From Hyalangium minutum (lineage in GTDB: Bacteria; Myxococcota; Myxococcia; Myxococcales; Myxococcaceae): 64,000 bases of DNA. The notes below the pieces were generated by a model, which was given only the letters and a program-made list of their open reading frames with translations, was not told the DNA's origin and did not search any database. Location: positions 186,001-250,000 of the forward strand of contig NZ_JMCB01000013.1 in assembly GCF_000737315.1 (NCBI RefSeq). The letters run 5' to 3'. Positions 21,319 to 31,135 of the stretch are shown in pieces (position 1 is the stretch's first letter; each line of letters starts with the position of its first letter). A program made the position numbers and the translations under genes.

Positions 21319-23874
21319 ATGAGCCTGCTCGCCCCGGCGGCCCTCGCGCTGCTCGTCTCCGCGCAGATTCCGCTGGCCACCCAGATCCAGCTCCCCACCG
21401 GGGACACGGTCGAGGTGGCCGCGGACTACGTCGTCTACGAGCCGGACAAGCAGGTCCTCACCGCGCGCGGCCACACCGAGCTGCGCACCGCGGAGACGCT
21501 GCTGCGCGCCGAGGAAGTCACCTACGATCAGGCCAACCAGAGGGCCCGCGCCAGCGGCGGGGTGATGTTCGTGAGCGGACAGTTCGCCGCCGTGGCGGAC
21601 GAGGTGGAGGTGGACCTCAAGTCCAACGAGGCCAACGTCAAGGGCGGCCTCTTCATGCAGAAGCGCAACGTCACCTCCGAGGCCCTGCGCAGCGCGGAGA
21701 CGCCCCAGCAACTGCGGCAGATGGGCGAGACGCCCGTGCTGATCAGCGGTACGCGAATCAAACGCACGGGGCCCAACGCCTTCGCGGTGGATGATCTCGC
21801 CTTCACCCCGTGCGAGTGCGGCCCCGGTGAGCCGAGCTGGCGCGTGGAGGCCAACAACGCCAACGTGCAGATGGGCGAGCGCGCCATTCTCACCTGGCCC
21901 GTGGTCTACGTGCACTCGGTGCCGGTGTTCGCGCTGCCGTGGCTGTACCTCCCGCTGGCCGAGCGGCGCTCGGGCCTGCTGGTGCCTCGGCCCACCACCT
22001 CGAGCCTCTTCGGCTTCGGCATTGATCAGCCTGTCTTCCTCACGCTCGGGCGCAGCTACGATCTCACGCTGACGCCGGGCTACTACACGGGTGGCTCCCA
22101 GGAGGATCATGTTCTCTCCGAGGCGGTGACGCGCAAGGAGCCGCGCTACTTCGGCGTCAAAGGCCCGCGCCTGCACACCGAGTTCCGTTACGTGCCCAGC
22201 GAGCGCACCCGGGGCCGGGCCACCTTGGGCTTTCTCTATGATCTGCGGCCCCCGCGAGACCCGAACAATGGCACCTTCTACCGGGTGGACGGTGGCACCA
22301 ACGAGGCCCTCTCCGAGCATCGCGGCCTGCGCGCAGAGGCCTCCTGGCAGCACACCCAAGACATGGGCAACGGCTTCCGCAACCGGGTGGATGCCGCGTT
22401 CGTCTCGGACGGCTTCTACACGCGCGACTTCACCGCGGACATCGTCGCCCGCGAGAACCAGTACCTGCGCAGCAGTGCCGTGCTCTACCACCGGGGCGAG
22501 GAGCACTACGCGGGCGTGGATGTGTCGCTCCGCCAGGACATCCGTTGGGGCTTCTCCTTCCTGAGGGAAGACCGCGTCCCGGCTGCCACGGATCCGACGC
22601 GGCCACTCGTCCCCGGGCCGCTCACCTTTCAGCGTCTGCCCTCCATCACCGTGGCCCTTCCCGAGCGCCTCCTCGGCAAGCGCTGGGCGGCGGGGCTGCG
22701 CGTGGAGTTCTCCCGGCTCTCGCCGCTCACTCGGAGCTACGGCGACGAGGGCGAGGACGGCCTCTTCAACGCCTCGCGAGCCTATGAGGTCCTCAACGAG
22801 GATGGCACCAAGACGCCGCTGCCCGATTCCACCCAGTCGAACGGTGTGTTCGATGCCTCGGATCGCGAGGCCCGGAACCGGCTGGACTTCTTCCCACGTC
22901 TCTCCACTTCGGTGGGGTTGGGACCGTATGCGCGGCTGACACCCTCGCTGGCCCTCCGCCAGGACTTCTACCTGGGCGAGCGCTCGGGCCACGTCGCCCA
23001 GCGTGGCTACCCGCTGCTCGGGGTCGCGGTGGACTCGGAGCTGGCTCGCACCTACGAGGAGGGCTCTGCTGCATGGCGTCACACCCTCCGACCTTCCGTG
23101 GAAGTGCGTTATGTGCCAGGGGTGTGGGGAGGCGTGCCTTCACCCGGCGCTTCGCCCGATCGTCCGCCCCAGCGCTACGACGAGCTTGACGCGGCGCTTC
23201 CCGTTGGCGCGGACGGCCGCGATCGCGGCTTCCTGCACGCAGTGGTGGAGGTGAGCCAGAGCCTCCAGCGCAAGCAAGGGGACCAGCGGCGAGAGGTGCT
23301 CCGCCTGCGCCTCGGTCAGGGCTTTGATCTGTCCCGACACGCCCCTACCTTTGGAGGTGGCTCCTACGGAGAGGAGAGGGGAGTGTTGCGCGATACCTAT
23401 GCGCGGGTGAATGCCAGTGCAGGTGTGCTCAACGCGGGCGCGCTGGTTCGCTTCGATCCCATTTCCGAACAGATCTCCCAGCTCAGCGCGGATGCCTCCA
23501 TCGACAACGGGAAGGGCGAAGCGCTCTACGCGCGTTATGACGATCTGCTGGCGGTGGGTTCGGATCGACTCCGGCGAGGGATCGACGCCTTGGTTGGCCC
23601 CGCAGCGGAGAGTCGAGCCCGTGCTCAGCTGCTCGTCGCGGGTTCGCGTTTGTCGCTCGGAATTGGACTCGGTCTGCGATACGAAGCCATCGTGCAGCCA
23701 CTTGCGAAGACGCAGTCTCCGCTCGCCCAGCAGGTGCTGGGCGTATCGTATGGTCCCGCTTGTGATTGCTGGCGTATCGAGGGAGTGGCCACGCTGAGGC
23801 GGGGCCAGAAGCGTCCAGACTTTGGTGTGAACTTGAGTGTGGCCGGTGTTGGCGCGTTCGGGTCAGGAAGTTGA
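21319..23874 (+). CDS. lptD: LPS-assembly outer membrane protein LptD
   Basis: Signal peptide, OstA-like N-domain (ADYVVY...LTARGH), FTPC-C, W-VEA, RSGLLVP, YDLTLTP, and C-terminal YGPACDCW beta-barrel. Confidence 0.88.
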   Translation: MSLLAPAALALLVSAQIPLATQIQLPTGDTVEVAADYVVYEPDKQVLTARGHTELRTAETLLRAEEVTYDQANQRARASGGVMFVSGQFAAVADEVEVDLKSNEANVKGGLFMQKRNVTSEALRSAETPQQLRQMGETPVLISGTRIKRTGPNAFAVDDLAFTPCECGPGEPSWRVEANNANVQMGERAILTWPVVYVHSVPVFALPWLYLPLAERRSGLLVPRPTTSSLFGFGIDQPVFLTLGRSYDLTLTPGYYTGGSQEDHVLSEAVTRKEPRYFGVKGPRLHTEFRYVPSERTRGRATLGFLYDLRPPRDPNNGTFYRVDGGTNEALSEHRGLRAEASWQHTQDMGNGFRNRVDAAFVSDGFYTRDFTADIVARENQYLRSSAVLYHRGEEHYAGVDVSLRQDIRWGFSFLREDRVPAATDPTRPLVPGPLTFQRLPSITVALPERLLGKRWAAGLRVEFSRLSPLTRSYGDEGEDGLFNASRAYEVLNEDGTKTPLPDSTQSNGVFDASDREARNRLDFFPRLSTSVGLGPYARLTPSLALRQDFYLGERSGHVAQRGYPLLGVAVDSELARTYEEGSAAWRHTLRPSVEVRYVPGVWGGVPSPGASPDRPPQRYDELDAALPVGADGRDRGFLHAVVEVSQSLQRKQGDQRREVLRLRLGQGFDLSRHAPTFGGGSYGEERGVLRDTYARVNASAGVLNAGALVRFDPISEQISQLSADASIDNGKGEALYARYDDLLAVGSDRLRRGIDALVGPAAESRARAQLLVAGSRLSLGIGLGLRYEAIVQPLAKTQSPLAQQVLGVSYGPACDCWRIEGVATLRRGQKRPDFGVNLSVAGVGAFGSGS

Positions 23875-23947
23875 CGGACAGAGGAATCCACGGATGCGCC
23901 CAGTGGTTGTCTCAAACCTACAACATTCCCAGGAGGGAAAAATCTTC

Positions 23948-24298
23948 GTGTCGGAACTCGGAAAACGTATCGGCCAACGCATCCGCGAGCTTCGCACGCA
24001 GCGGCCTGAGCGTTGGACCCAAGAGGAACTCGCGGAGCGGGCTCAGATCAGCGTGTCCTTTCTGTCGATGATTGAGCGGGGAGAGCGAGTCGCCCATGTG
24101 GAGACACTCGCCGCGCTCGCCAGCGCCCTGGGCGTCAGCCTCGGGGAGCTCTTTGCCGGGACGGAGCAGTCTCTCGCTCAGACCGAGGACCTGCTTCGGC
24201 CGCTGTCGGACTTCGCTCGCGCGCGGGGCCTCACTGCCCGTGATGTCGATCGCCTGCTGGGCGTGGCGCGGGTGATGTTCAACGGTTCGACCGCCTAA
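23948..24298 (+). CDS. XRE-family HTH transcriptional regulator
   Basis: IGQRIRELR...TQEELAERAQISVSFLSMIERG; GGAGG RBS upstream of GTG 23948 (start uncertain). Confidence 0.9.
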   Translation: MSELGKRIGQRIRELRTQRPERWTQEELAERAQISVSFLSMIERGERVAHVETLAALASALGVSLGELFAGTEQSLAQTEDLLRPLSDFARARGLTARDVDRLLGVARVMFNGSTA

Positions 24299-24300
24299 CC

Positions 24301-24340
24301 ACGGTGCCGCGGCCCGTTCGCGAGGGGTCCGCGGCACCGT
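24301..24340. terminator. Strong hairpin after the XRE gene
   Basis: Perfect 12-bp inverted repeat ACGGTGCCGCGG / CCGCGGCACCGT, 3 bp after the stop codon; no clear U tract. Confidence 0.55.
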
Positions 24341-24408
24341 GTCCAGTTCTTGACTCAATGCAGGGCGGCCCTGGAAGATAAGTCCTCACTTCCAAGGAGT
24401 TACCGCAG

Positions 24409-25956
24409 ATGCGTTTGGGTCTCGCCTCATGCGTGGTGCTCGCCAGTGCCTTGCTGGTGGCCTGCGAGCCGCCGCCCCCAGCCACGCTGGAGTTCGTCGA
24501 TCAATCTCCGGCCAGTCCCCGGCTGGGAGAGATCACGACCCTGCGGTTCCGGGCTATCGACAGCCGCGGCAATCCGCAGGCAGGTACCACCGTCACATTC
24601 AAGCTGCAGTCGGAGGTCCCGGGGGTCACGCTCAATCCCACCGAGGGCTCGACGAACGTGGGGGACGGCATCGTCTCCACGCAGCTGGTGGCCAATGGCC
24701 GCGTGGCCTCGGTGGTGGTGATCGCCACCGCGGGCGACAAGACGGCGGTCAGCCCGGCGGTGGCCTTCGCGGGCGCGGGCGCCAACGGCAAGCAGTTCAC
24801 CTTCCAGTGCGGCGAGATCGCCGGTACCGCCTCGGGCGGTATTCACGGCATCGGCGCCTATGATGAGACGCGCTACCTGATTGCGGGCGTGAAGCTGCGC
24901 TGCACGGCCCACGTGGCGGACCGCAACGGTGACGGCATCGCGGGCGCCCAGGTGTCCTTCATCACCGAGGCGGGCACGCTCGGGCCGTCGTCCAGCTCGG
25001 TGTCGGACGTGGTGGGCAACGCGGAGGTTCTCTACAAGACGTCCTACCCGCTGCCGGTGGAGACGGATCCAGGCACCTTCACCTGGAACCCGCCCAATGA
25101 CGCCACCCACACGGGCGACTACATCGCCCCCTTGTGGATGCACCCGTTCTATTGGACGGCCAACCCCATCCGCGACTACGGCTCGCTGATCAACCCCATG
25201 GAGCCGCGTCCGGAGCCGTTCCGCGACGATCCCATCCGCCCCAACCGGCGCAACAACCCGCGCGACAACCTGGTGGCCATGATCGCCATCACCACGGGCG
25301 AAGAGGGGTACGACGACAAGAACAACAACGGCCAGTTCGACGAGGGCGAGTTCGACCCGAAGTTCGACCTGACGGAGCCCTTCGTCGACAACAACGACGA
25401 CGGCACCTGGCAGGACACCGAGCGCTTCGTCGACACCAACGGCAACGGCAAGTGGGACGGCAAGAACGGCAAGTACGACGCCTCCACCCTCATCTGGGTG
25501 CAGGAGCGCATCCTCTGGACGGGCTGGCCGCACCCGCTGGATCGCGACGAGACGGCGCTCAACCGCTCGCCCATCGTCCGCCAGCTCAAGCCGCCCGTGG
25601 GCACCACCCTCATCCTGGAGCACTTCACGCATGAGGAGGCCGTCTTCCTGCTGACCGATCCCTGGTTCAACCGCGTGGCCCAGAACGAGGACGGCGATGG
25701 CTGCTCCGGCGGCGCCATTGGCCCTGTGACGGTAGACAGCCTCACCCAGGGCATCGCCTTCACCTACCCGTCCTTCTCCATCGAGCGCTTCGTCCTGCGC
25801 GACCAGCATGATCCGGCCTCCGTCCCACCGACGCCGGCCTACGCGGCTCCGGGCATCAAGTTCGAGGTGGCCGCTGGCTGCAAGTACACGGCGTCCCCGG
25901 AGGACGGGCACGTGGTGCTCCTCAGCTCGCCGACGATTACGGGCCGGGTGTTCTAG
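24409..25956 (+). CDS. Lipoprotein with Ig-like (invasin/Big-1-like) domains and Dx[DN]xDG Ca-binding motifs
   Basis: Lipobox ALLVAC; GNPQAGTTVTF and DGIAGAQVSF; DKNNNGQFD, DNNDDGTW and DTNGNGKWD. Confidence 0.75.
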   Translation: MRLGLASCVVLASALLVACEPPPPATLEFVDQSPASPRLGEITTLRFRAIDSRGNPQAGTTVTFKLQSEVPGVTLNPTEGSTNVGDGIVSTQLVANGRVASVVVIATAGDKTAVSPAVAFAGAGANGKQFTFQCGEIAGTASGGIHGIGAYDETRYLIAGVKLRCTAHVADRNGDGIAGAQVSFITEAGTLGPSSSSVSDVVGNAEVLYKTSYPLPVETDPGTFTWNPPNDATHTGDYIAPLWMHPFYWTANPIRDYGSLINPMEPRPEPFRDDPIRPNRRNNPRDNLVAMIAITTGEEGYDDKNNNGQFDEGEFDPKFDLTEPFVDNNDDGTWQDTERFVDTNGNGKWDGKNGKYDASTLIWVQERILWTGWPHPLDRDETALNRSPIVRQLKPPVGTTLILEHFTHEEAVFLLTDPWFNRVAQNEDGDGCSGGAIGPVTVDSLTQGIAFTYPSFSIERFVLRDQHDPASVPPTPAYAAPGIKFEVAAGCKYTASPEDGHVVLLSSPTITGRVF

Positions 25957-25972
25957 CCCGGTACGAAGGGCA

Positions 25973-26001
25973 TTGACCGGCGGCCCCGCCGTCCGTAGGG
26001 T
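25973..26001 (+). promoter_or_regulatory. sigma70/sigmaA-type promoter for the TetR gene
   Basis: TTGACC-N17-TAGGGT. Confidence 0.5.
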
Positions 26002-26044
26002 CCTCTGCGGCTGATTTCCAAGTCAATTGGCCGCGGAGGACGAG

Positions 26045-26752
26045 TTGAGCCAGCAGAGCCAGAAGGCGGCCGACGGAGGGACGCGCGAGAGCGAGCGCCG
26101 GCACACCATCCTCCGCGCCGCCATTGAAGTGTTCGCCAGCAAGGGCTACCACGGGTGCCGCATCGCGGACGTGGCCAAAGAGGCGGGCGTGGCCTACGGG
26201 CTCGTCTACCACTACTTCAAGAACAAGGATGAGCTGCTGGAGACCGTCTTCGAGGCGGGCTGGCGCGGCTTCTTCACGCGCGTGAGCGCGGTGGTTCAGG
26301 GCGAGGGCACGCTCGAGCAGAAGGTGCACCGGATCGCGGACGTGGCCATCGAGGCGTACCGGGTGGATCCGCGCACGGTGAAGGTGCTCATCCTCGAGAT
26401 CGCACGCAGCCCCGGGGGGCGGGTGAACCGGCAGACGGCCTTCGCGGAGGCCCTCCAACTGTGCACGCAGATGCTGATGCAGGCCCAAGAGGCCGGCGAG
26501 CTGCGGCCGGACGTGGATCTGCAGCTGGCCGCGGCCCTCTTCTTCGGCAACATCGAGATGGCGTTCACCGCCCTGTTGATGGGGAGGGTGGATCCCAAGG
26601 ATGTGGAGAAGCTGGAGCGGGCCAAGCGGCAGCTGGGAGATTTCTTCCTTCACGGCGTCCATGCTCGAGACGCTTCGTCGTCCTCGGAGGTCTCATGGAA
26701 GAAGGAGCAGGAGAAGTCCGCTACGCGGTCCAAGGCGCCCAAGCGCTCATAA
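26045..26752 (+). CDS. TetR/AcrR-family regulator
   Basis: ILRAAIEVFASKGYHGCRIADVAKEAGVAYGLVYHYFKNKDEL. Start uncertain: TTG 26045 after GAGGA, or TTG 26027. Confidence 0.92.
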   Translation: MSQQSQKAADGGTRESERRHTILRAAIEVFASKGYHGCRIADVAKEAGVAYGLVYHYFKNKDELLETVFEAGWRGFFTRVSAVVQGEGTLEQKVHRIADVAIEAYRVDPRTVKVLILEIARSPGGRVNRQTAFAEALQLCTQMLMQAQEAGELRPDVDLQLAAALFFGNIEMAFTALLMGRVDPKDVEKLERAKRQLGDFFLHGVHARDASSSSEVSWKKEQEKSATRSKAPKRS

Positions 26753-27480
26753 CCATCGACCGGCCGCGGGCGCGCAACGCCCTGTCACCGGCGGTGGTGC
26801 AGGGGCTGATGGAGGCCATTGCCCGGGCGGAAGCGGACGCGCAGGTGCGCGTGCTGGTGTTCACCGGCGCGGGGGAGAAGGTGTTCTGCGCGGGAGGCGA
26901 TCTCGGGCAGATGGGGGACGGCGGCTTCCTGTCCATGCACGACGGACGGCGTGCGTACGCCACGCTGCTCTCGAGGCTTCAGGGCTGTCGCAAGCCCACG
27001 GTGGCGCGGGTGAATGGGCACGCGCTGGCGGGCGGGCTCGGGTTGGTGCTGGCGTGTGACTTGGCCGTGGCCGTGGAGGGCGCGGAGTTCGGCACCCCAG
27101 AGATCGACGTGGGGCTCTTCCCCATGATGATGATGGCGCTGCTGCAGCGGCACGTGGGCCGCAAGCGGGCGCTGGAGCTGGTGATGACGGGGGATCGGCT
27201 GCCGGCGCGCGAGGCGCTGGTGCTGGGGCTGATCAATCGGGCAGTGCCTGCGGCGGAGCTGGACGCGTCCGTGGGAGCGCTGGCGGGCAAGCTGGCGGGC
27301 AAGAGTCAGGCGGTGATGGCGCTGGGCAAGCGGGCCTTCTTCACGGCGGAGGATCTGCCGCTGCCTGCGGCGCTGGAGTTCCTGGCGTCCCAGCTCTCGC
27401 TGAACGTGCTGGCTGAGGACGCGGGAGAGGGCGTGTCCGCGTTCCTGGAGAAGCGCCCCCCGAAGTGGAACGACCGCTGA
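26695..27480 (+). CDS. Enoyl-CoA hydratase/isomerase
   Basis: IDRPRARNALS, FCAGGDL, VNGHALAGGLGL and FGTPEIDVG; GGAGG RBS before ATG 26695. Confidence 0.92.
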   Translation: MEEGAGEVRYAVQGAQALITIDRPRARNALSPAVVQGLMEAIARAEADAQVRVLVFTGAGEKVFCAGGDLGQMGDGGFLSMHDGRRAYATLLSRLQGCRKPTVARVNGHALAGGLGLVLACDLAVAVEGAEFGTPEIDVGLFPMMMMALLQRHVGRKRALELVMTGDRLPAREALVLGLINRAVPAAELDASVGALAGKLAGKSQAVMALGKRAFFTAEDLPLPAALEFLASQLSLNVLAEDAGEGVSAFLEKRPPKWNDR

Positions 27481-27525
27481 GAGCGCCTGGCCTCCGTGGC
27501 CGAGGCGCGGCCGGAGGTGCTCAGC

Positions 27526-28509
27526 TCAGGGCGTCGCGGTGACGGTGGCGGTGCCTTCGTTCTGGCTGGGAGCCGGGGAGGGTAGAGCGGCGGGAGTCTC
27601 GGTGGTGGCCACGCGAGGCTCCGGCTTGCCGAAGAAGTCCAGCTTCAGCAGGGACAGGCCATCCACCCAGAGCCCGTCCAACTTCACGCCCCAGTGGAGG
27701 TGGGGACCGGTGACGCGGCCCGTCTTCCCCACGAGGCCCAGCTTCTGGCCCTGCTGCACCTTCGCGCCCGTCTTCACGTCCATGCGGGACATGTGGAAGT
27801 ACGTCGTGTACAGGCCCGCGCCATGGTGGACGATGACGGTGCCGCCCGAGCTGTAGCAATCACGGACCATCACCACCGTGCCCTCGTTGGCGGCGAAGAT
27901 GGAGTCGCCGGTGTTCCCGTCGATGTCCACGCCGAAGTGCTGGCTCTGGAGCTTGCCGTTGAACGAGCGCCGATCGCCGTATGGCGCGGTGATGCGATCC
28001 TGGCGGGGCCAGGCGAAATTCTCAGTGAAAAGCGGCGAGGCGAATGGCTGGGCGAACGCGGCAGCGAAGGCGGCGCGATCCTCGGCCATGCGGGCCTTCA
28101 CGGACGCGGGCGGCTTGACGTACTTGCCAGCGACCTTGAGCTGCCGCTCGGGGTAGCCAGGCTCCACCACGTCCAGCGTGCCCGCGAGCTCCAGCGCCTT
28201 GCCCTGCGCGGGGCGGGGGGCCGTCACCTTCACCGCGACGGTGCCCAGGGACTGCTCCACCGGGAGCCCCGAGAGCGCGAGCCACGCGCCCGAGGTCTCG
28301 AAGAACTGCAGGGGCCTTCCGGCCAGCGTGCCCGAGGGCATGCCCTCCACGCCCCGCACGGCGACGAGAACCGGGTCGCCCGGCTTGGCCGTTCCCGGCT
28401 GCACGGAGAGGCTTGGCTGAGCCTGGGCTCCGAAGGCCACCAGGCCCAGGGCGAGCAGGGCGAAGGGGAGCGAGGCGGAGAGGCGGGGAAGGGAGGGCGC
28501 GAGCGGCAT
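27526..28509 (-). CDS. M23-family metallopeptidase (secreted)
   Basis: Signal peptide; HFGVDID (HxxxD), YFHM and TGPHLHWG (HxH). Confidence 0.92.
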   Translation of the reverse strand: MPLAPSLPRLSASLPFALLALGLVAFGAQAQPSLSVQPGTAKPGDPVLVAVRGVEGMPSGTLAGRPLQFFETSGAWLALSGLPVEQSLGTVAVKVTAPRPAQGKALELAGTLDVVEPGYPERQLKVAGKYVKPPASVKARMAEDRAAFAAAFAQPFASPLFTENFAWPRQDRITAPYGDRRSFNGKLQSQHFGVDIDGNTGDSIFAANEGTVVMVRDCYSSGGTVIVHHGAGLYTTYFHMSRMDVKTGAKVQQGQKLGLVGKTGRVTGPHLHWGVKLDGLWVDGLSLLKLDFFGKPEPRVATTETPAALPSPAPSQNEGTATVTATP

Positions 28510-28771
28510 GAGGGCCGCAGTTGTACCACCGGGGCGCCCTGTGCACCGATGCCCCGTTTGCAAGGCTCGCTCGGACGGCTGCTCTTCGTGCCTGTCAGGC
28601 CTCGGAGCCGAGGGGGCATCGCCCGCTGGTCAACATCCAAAACGAGAGATGGGCCCCGCTGGTCAAGGAGCGAACGTCCGGGCGGCGCGAGCGCTGGCGC
28701 AGGTGTACCAAGGGCGGAAAGGGCTCCCTACTTTCTCTGACGAACTGACTTGCCATCGAGGGGGATGTTGG

Positions 28772-29260
28772 ATGCCGCGTTCTTATAGCTTCGACCATTT
28801 CCAGGTGCCCGCAGCCGAGCCCCGCAGCCGGAGCTTGCGGCGCCAGGACAAGCAGCACTTGGCCGAATCACACCATGCCGTGCCTGCGCAGGACGGGGGG
28901 ATCCACTACGGCAGGAGCCACGCGCAGACGGAGGAGATCCTCAAGGCGCGCGCCCTGGCTCCGCCGCGCCGCGAGAGCGCTGGGGCGAAGGCCCGCGCGG
29001 CGCAGGCCACGCCGAGCCCGGAGCGGCTCCAGGCCACGCCGCGGATCAACCGCAACACCACGCCCATTGGCGCGCTGCCGGCCACCGAGGAGCTGCCGCC
29101 GCGCGGGCGCTTCCAGGATCTGATGGACGAAGCGACGCGCCAGTTCGAGGCCATCCAGGGAGGTATTGGCGACGTGAGCAAGGCGGCGGTGCGGCTGGCC
29201 TCGCTGCCGCTCGAGGTGGTGCGGCTGGCGGCGCGACGCCTGCGTCTGGTTCACGGCTGA
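28772..29260 (+). CDS. Hypothetical protein
   Basis: GAGGGG RBS and good codon bias; no recognisable family. Confidence 0.65.
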   Translation: MPRSYSFDHFQVPAAEPRSRSLRRQDKQHLAESHHAVPAQDGGIHYGRSHAQTEEILKARALAPPRRESAGAKARAAQATPSPERLQATPRINRNTTPIGALPATEELPPRGRFQDLMDEATRQFEAIQGGIGDVSKAAVRLASLPLEVVRLAARRLRLVHG

Positions 29261-29273
29261 GGGTTCGGGCGCC

Positions 29274-30041
29274 GTGGAGCTGACGCTCGTCTCGTACAAC
29301 ATCCACAGCGGCATCGGCACGGACGGCCGGTTTGATCTGCACCGGGTGGGCGAGGTGCTGCGAGAGATTGACGCGGACATCATCGCCCTGCAGGAGGTGG
29401 GGGACTTCCGGGGCAAGACATCCCGGGAGGACCAGCCCGAGCACCTGGCGGATCTGCTCGGGCTCCACATGGCATTCGGCCCGAACGTGGTGCGCCAGGG
29501 CCGGCGCTATGGGAACGCGGTGCTGGCGCGCCTGCCCATCCTCAAGTCGAAGAACTACGATCTCAGCGTGGAGAGCCGCGAGCCGCGCGGCGCCCTTCGG
29601 TGTGATCTGGATCTGGGTGGGGGGCGGCAACTGCACCTGTTCTGCCTGCACCTGGGGTTGTCGCTCGGCGAGCGCCGCAGGCAGGAGAGCCTGCTGCTGT
29701 CGTCGGACATCCTCCGAGATGCGGTGCGCAAGGATCCGGTGGTGGTGTGCGGAGACTTCAACTACTGGGGCAACAAGCCCGTCCCCGCGCTGGTGCGGCG
29801 GGCCATCCACGACGCGGCGCTGGAACTTCGCACCCCGGCGCGGACCTACCCCTCCCGGCTGCCGCTGCTGCGGCTGGATCGCATCTTCGTGGACTCGGGT
29901 GTCCGCCCGCTCACCATCCGGCCACACCGTTCCTCCTTGGCCACGGTCACCTCGGACCACCTTCCGCTGGTGATGCGCTTCGAGGCCCCGGTGCTGACCG
30001 AAGCCGTGGCGGTCTCGGCACCCGTGCAGCTCATCGGCTAG
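29274..30041 (+). CDS. Endonuclease/exonuclease/phosphatase-family protein
   Basis: SYNIH, LQEV, YGNAVL, CLHLGL, CGDFN, LDRIF and SDHLP. Confidence 0.92.
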   Translation: MELTLVSYNIHSGIGTDGRFDLHRVGEVLREIDADIIALQEVGDFRGKTSREDQPEHLADLLGLHMAFGPNVVRQGRRYGNAVLARLPILKSKNYDLSVESREPRGALRCDLDLGGGRQLHLFCLHLGLSLGERRRQESLLLSSDILRDAVRKDPVVVCGDFNYWGNKPVPALVRRAIHDAALELRTPARTYPSRLPLLRLDRIFVDSGVRPLTIRPHRSSLATVTSDHLPLVMRFEAPVLTEAVAVSAPVQLIG

Positions 30042-30154
30042 CGTGGGGGCTCCAGCGGCGTTCATTGGCCGACGCTTTGCGGCCGCTGGACACAAGAAGC
30101 ACGCGACGGGTTGTCGCGGCGGGGGTGGATGCCTAGGTTGGCTCCGCCTGTGGG

Positions 30155-30634
30155 ATGAGAGCAGCGCCGGCCGGAGAGTCGATGAACTTGGGGACGGAAC
30201 AGACGGAGCGCGGGATCTCCGCGATCGTCGGACGGATGGCGGACAGCTTCAGCCGTCTGGTGTCTCAGCACATCACCCTGGCGCGCCTGGAACTGGCCGA
30301 GGATGCCAAGGCCATGGCTCGCGACGTGGCGAGCATCGTCGTCTTCGTGCCTTTCCTGATGGTGGGCTGGGTCTTCCTGTGCGGCGCGATCGCCGTGGCG
30401 CTGGCGCAGGCGATCGGCTACGGCTGGGCCTTGGCAGCCGTGGGCGGCGTCCACATGGTGGGGGGAGGGATCGGCATCTGGACAGCCCTGTCCCGGCTCA
30501 AGAATCGCCAGGTCATGAATGACACGGGCGAAGAACTTTCGCGCAGCATGGCGGTGCTCACCTCGGCGAGCCCCGCCGCAGTGCCCTCTTCACAGCCTCG
30601 CAACGTGCTCAAGGAGCCCCCGAATGCCCAGTAA
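30155..30634 (+). CDS. YqjE / phage-holin-superfamily membrane protein
   Basis: LVSQHITLARLELAED followed by two TM helices. Alternative start at 30182. Confidence 0.75.
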   Translation: MRAAPAGESMNLGTEQTERGISAIVGRMADSFSRLVSQHITLARLELAEDAKAMARDVASIVVFVPFLMVGWVFLCGAIAVALAQAIGYGWALAAVGGVHMVGGGIGIWTALSRLKNRQVMNDTGEELSRSMAVLTSASPAAVPSSQPRNVLKEPPNAQ

Positions 30635-30839
30635 TGGACAGCCCAAGGCTGAGCCCCGAAGTCCCGCCGCGCTGCGCGCCGAGATCGAGCGCACCCGCGC
30701 GGAACTGGCCACCTCGGTCACTGCGTTGCGCCAGGAGGTCGCCGAGACCGTGGACTGGCGGGCCTGGGTGCGCAAGCGCCCGCTGCTGGCCGTGGGCGCC
30801 GCGTTCACAGTTGGGTTCGTGATCGCCTACCGCCGCTGA
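30624..30839 (+). CDS. DUF3618/YqjK-like small membrane protein
   Basis: LRAEIERTRAELATSVTALR...RKRPLLAVGAAFTVGF; overlaps the upstream stop. Confidence 0.7.
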   Translation: MPSNGQPKAEPRSPAALRAEIERTRAELATSVTALRQEVAETVDWRAWVRKRPLLAVGAAFTVGFVIAYRR

Positions 30840-30899
30840 CGGCCGCCAACACCTTCACCCACCACTGTCATTCGTTTTCAACTCACAGGAGAGGCTTCG

Positions 30900-31100
30900 A
30901 TGGAGATGAATCCGCAGCAGATCCAGGACCGCGCGCGTGAAATTCAGGAGCGTATCGTGCCGCAGATCGAAGAGGCGCGGCGCAACCTGGTGGATGTGAA
31001 CACCCGCGTGGTGAGCTTCATCCGCGCCAACCCGGGCACCTGCCTGGTGGGTGCGGTGGCCCTGGGCTTCCTCATCGGCAAGATCGCCTCGCGCCGCTGA
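30900..31100 (+). CDS. ElaB/YqjD (DUF883)-like small tail-anchored protein
   Basis: FIRANPGTCLVGAVALGFLIGKIASRR C-terminal anchor. Confidence 0.75.
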   Translation: MEMNPQQIQDRAREIQERIVPQIEEARRNLVDVNTRVVSFIRANPGTCLVGAVALGFLIGKIASRR

Positions 31101-31135
31101 TCCTCGCCGTCCTTTCGTCACACCGAGAAAACACC

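Noticed and set aside
26045-27480. aibR/liuC of the myxobacterial isovaleryl-CoA pathway
   Set aside because: Only family-level motifs are visible, and the aibA/B/C and mvaS neighbours are absent.
30155-30634. Holin-family gene as evidence of a prophage
   Set aside because: No endolysin, structural, terminase or integrase genes nearby; the context is a yqjE-like cellular cluster.
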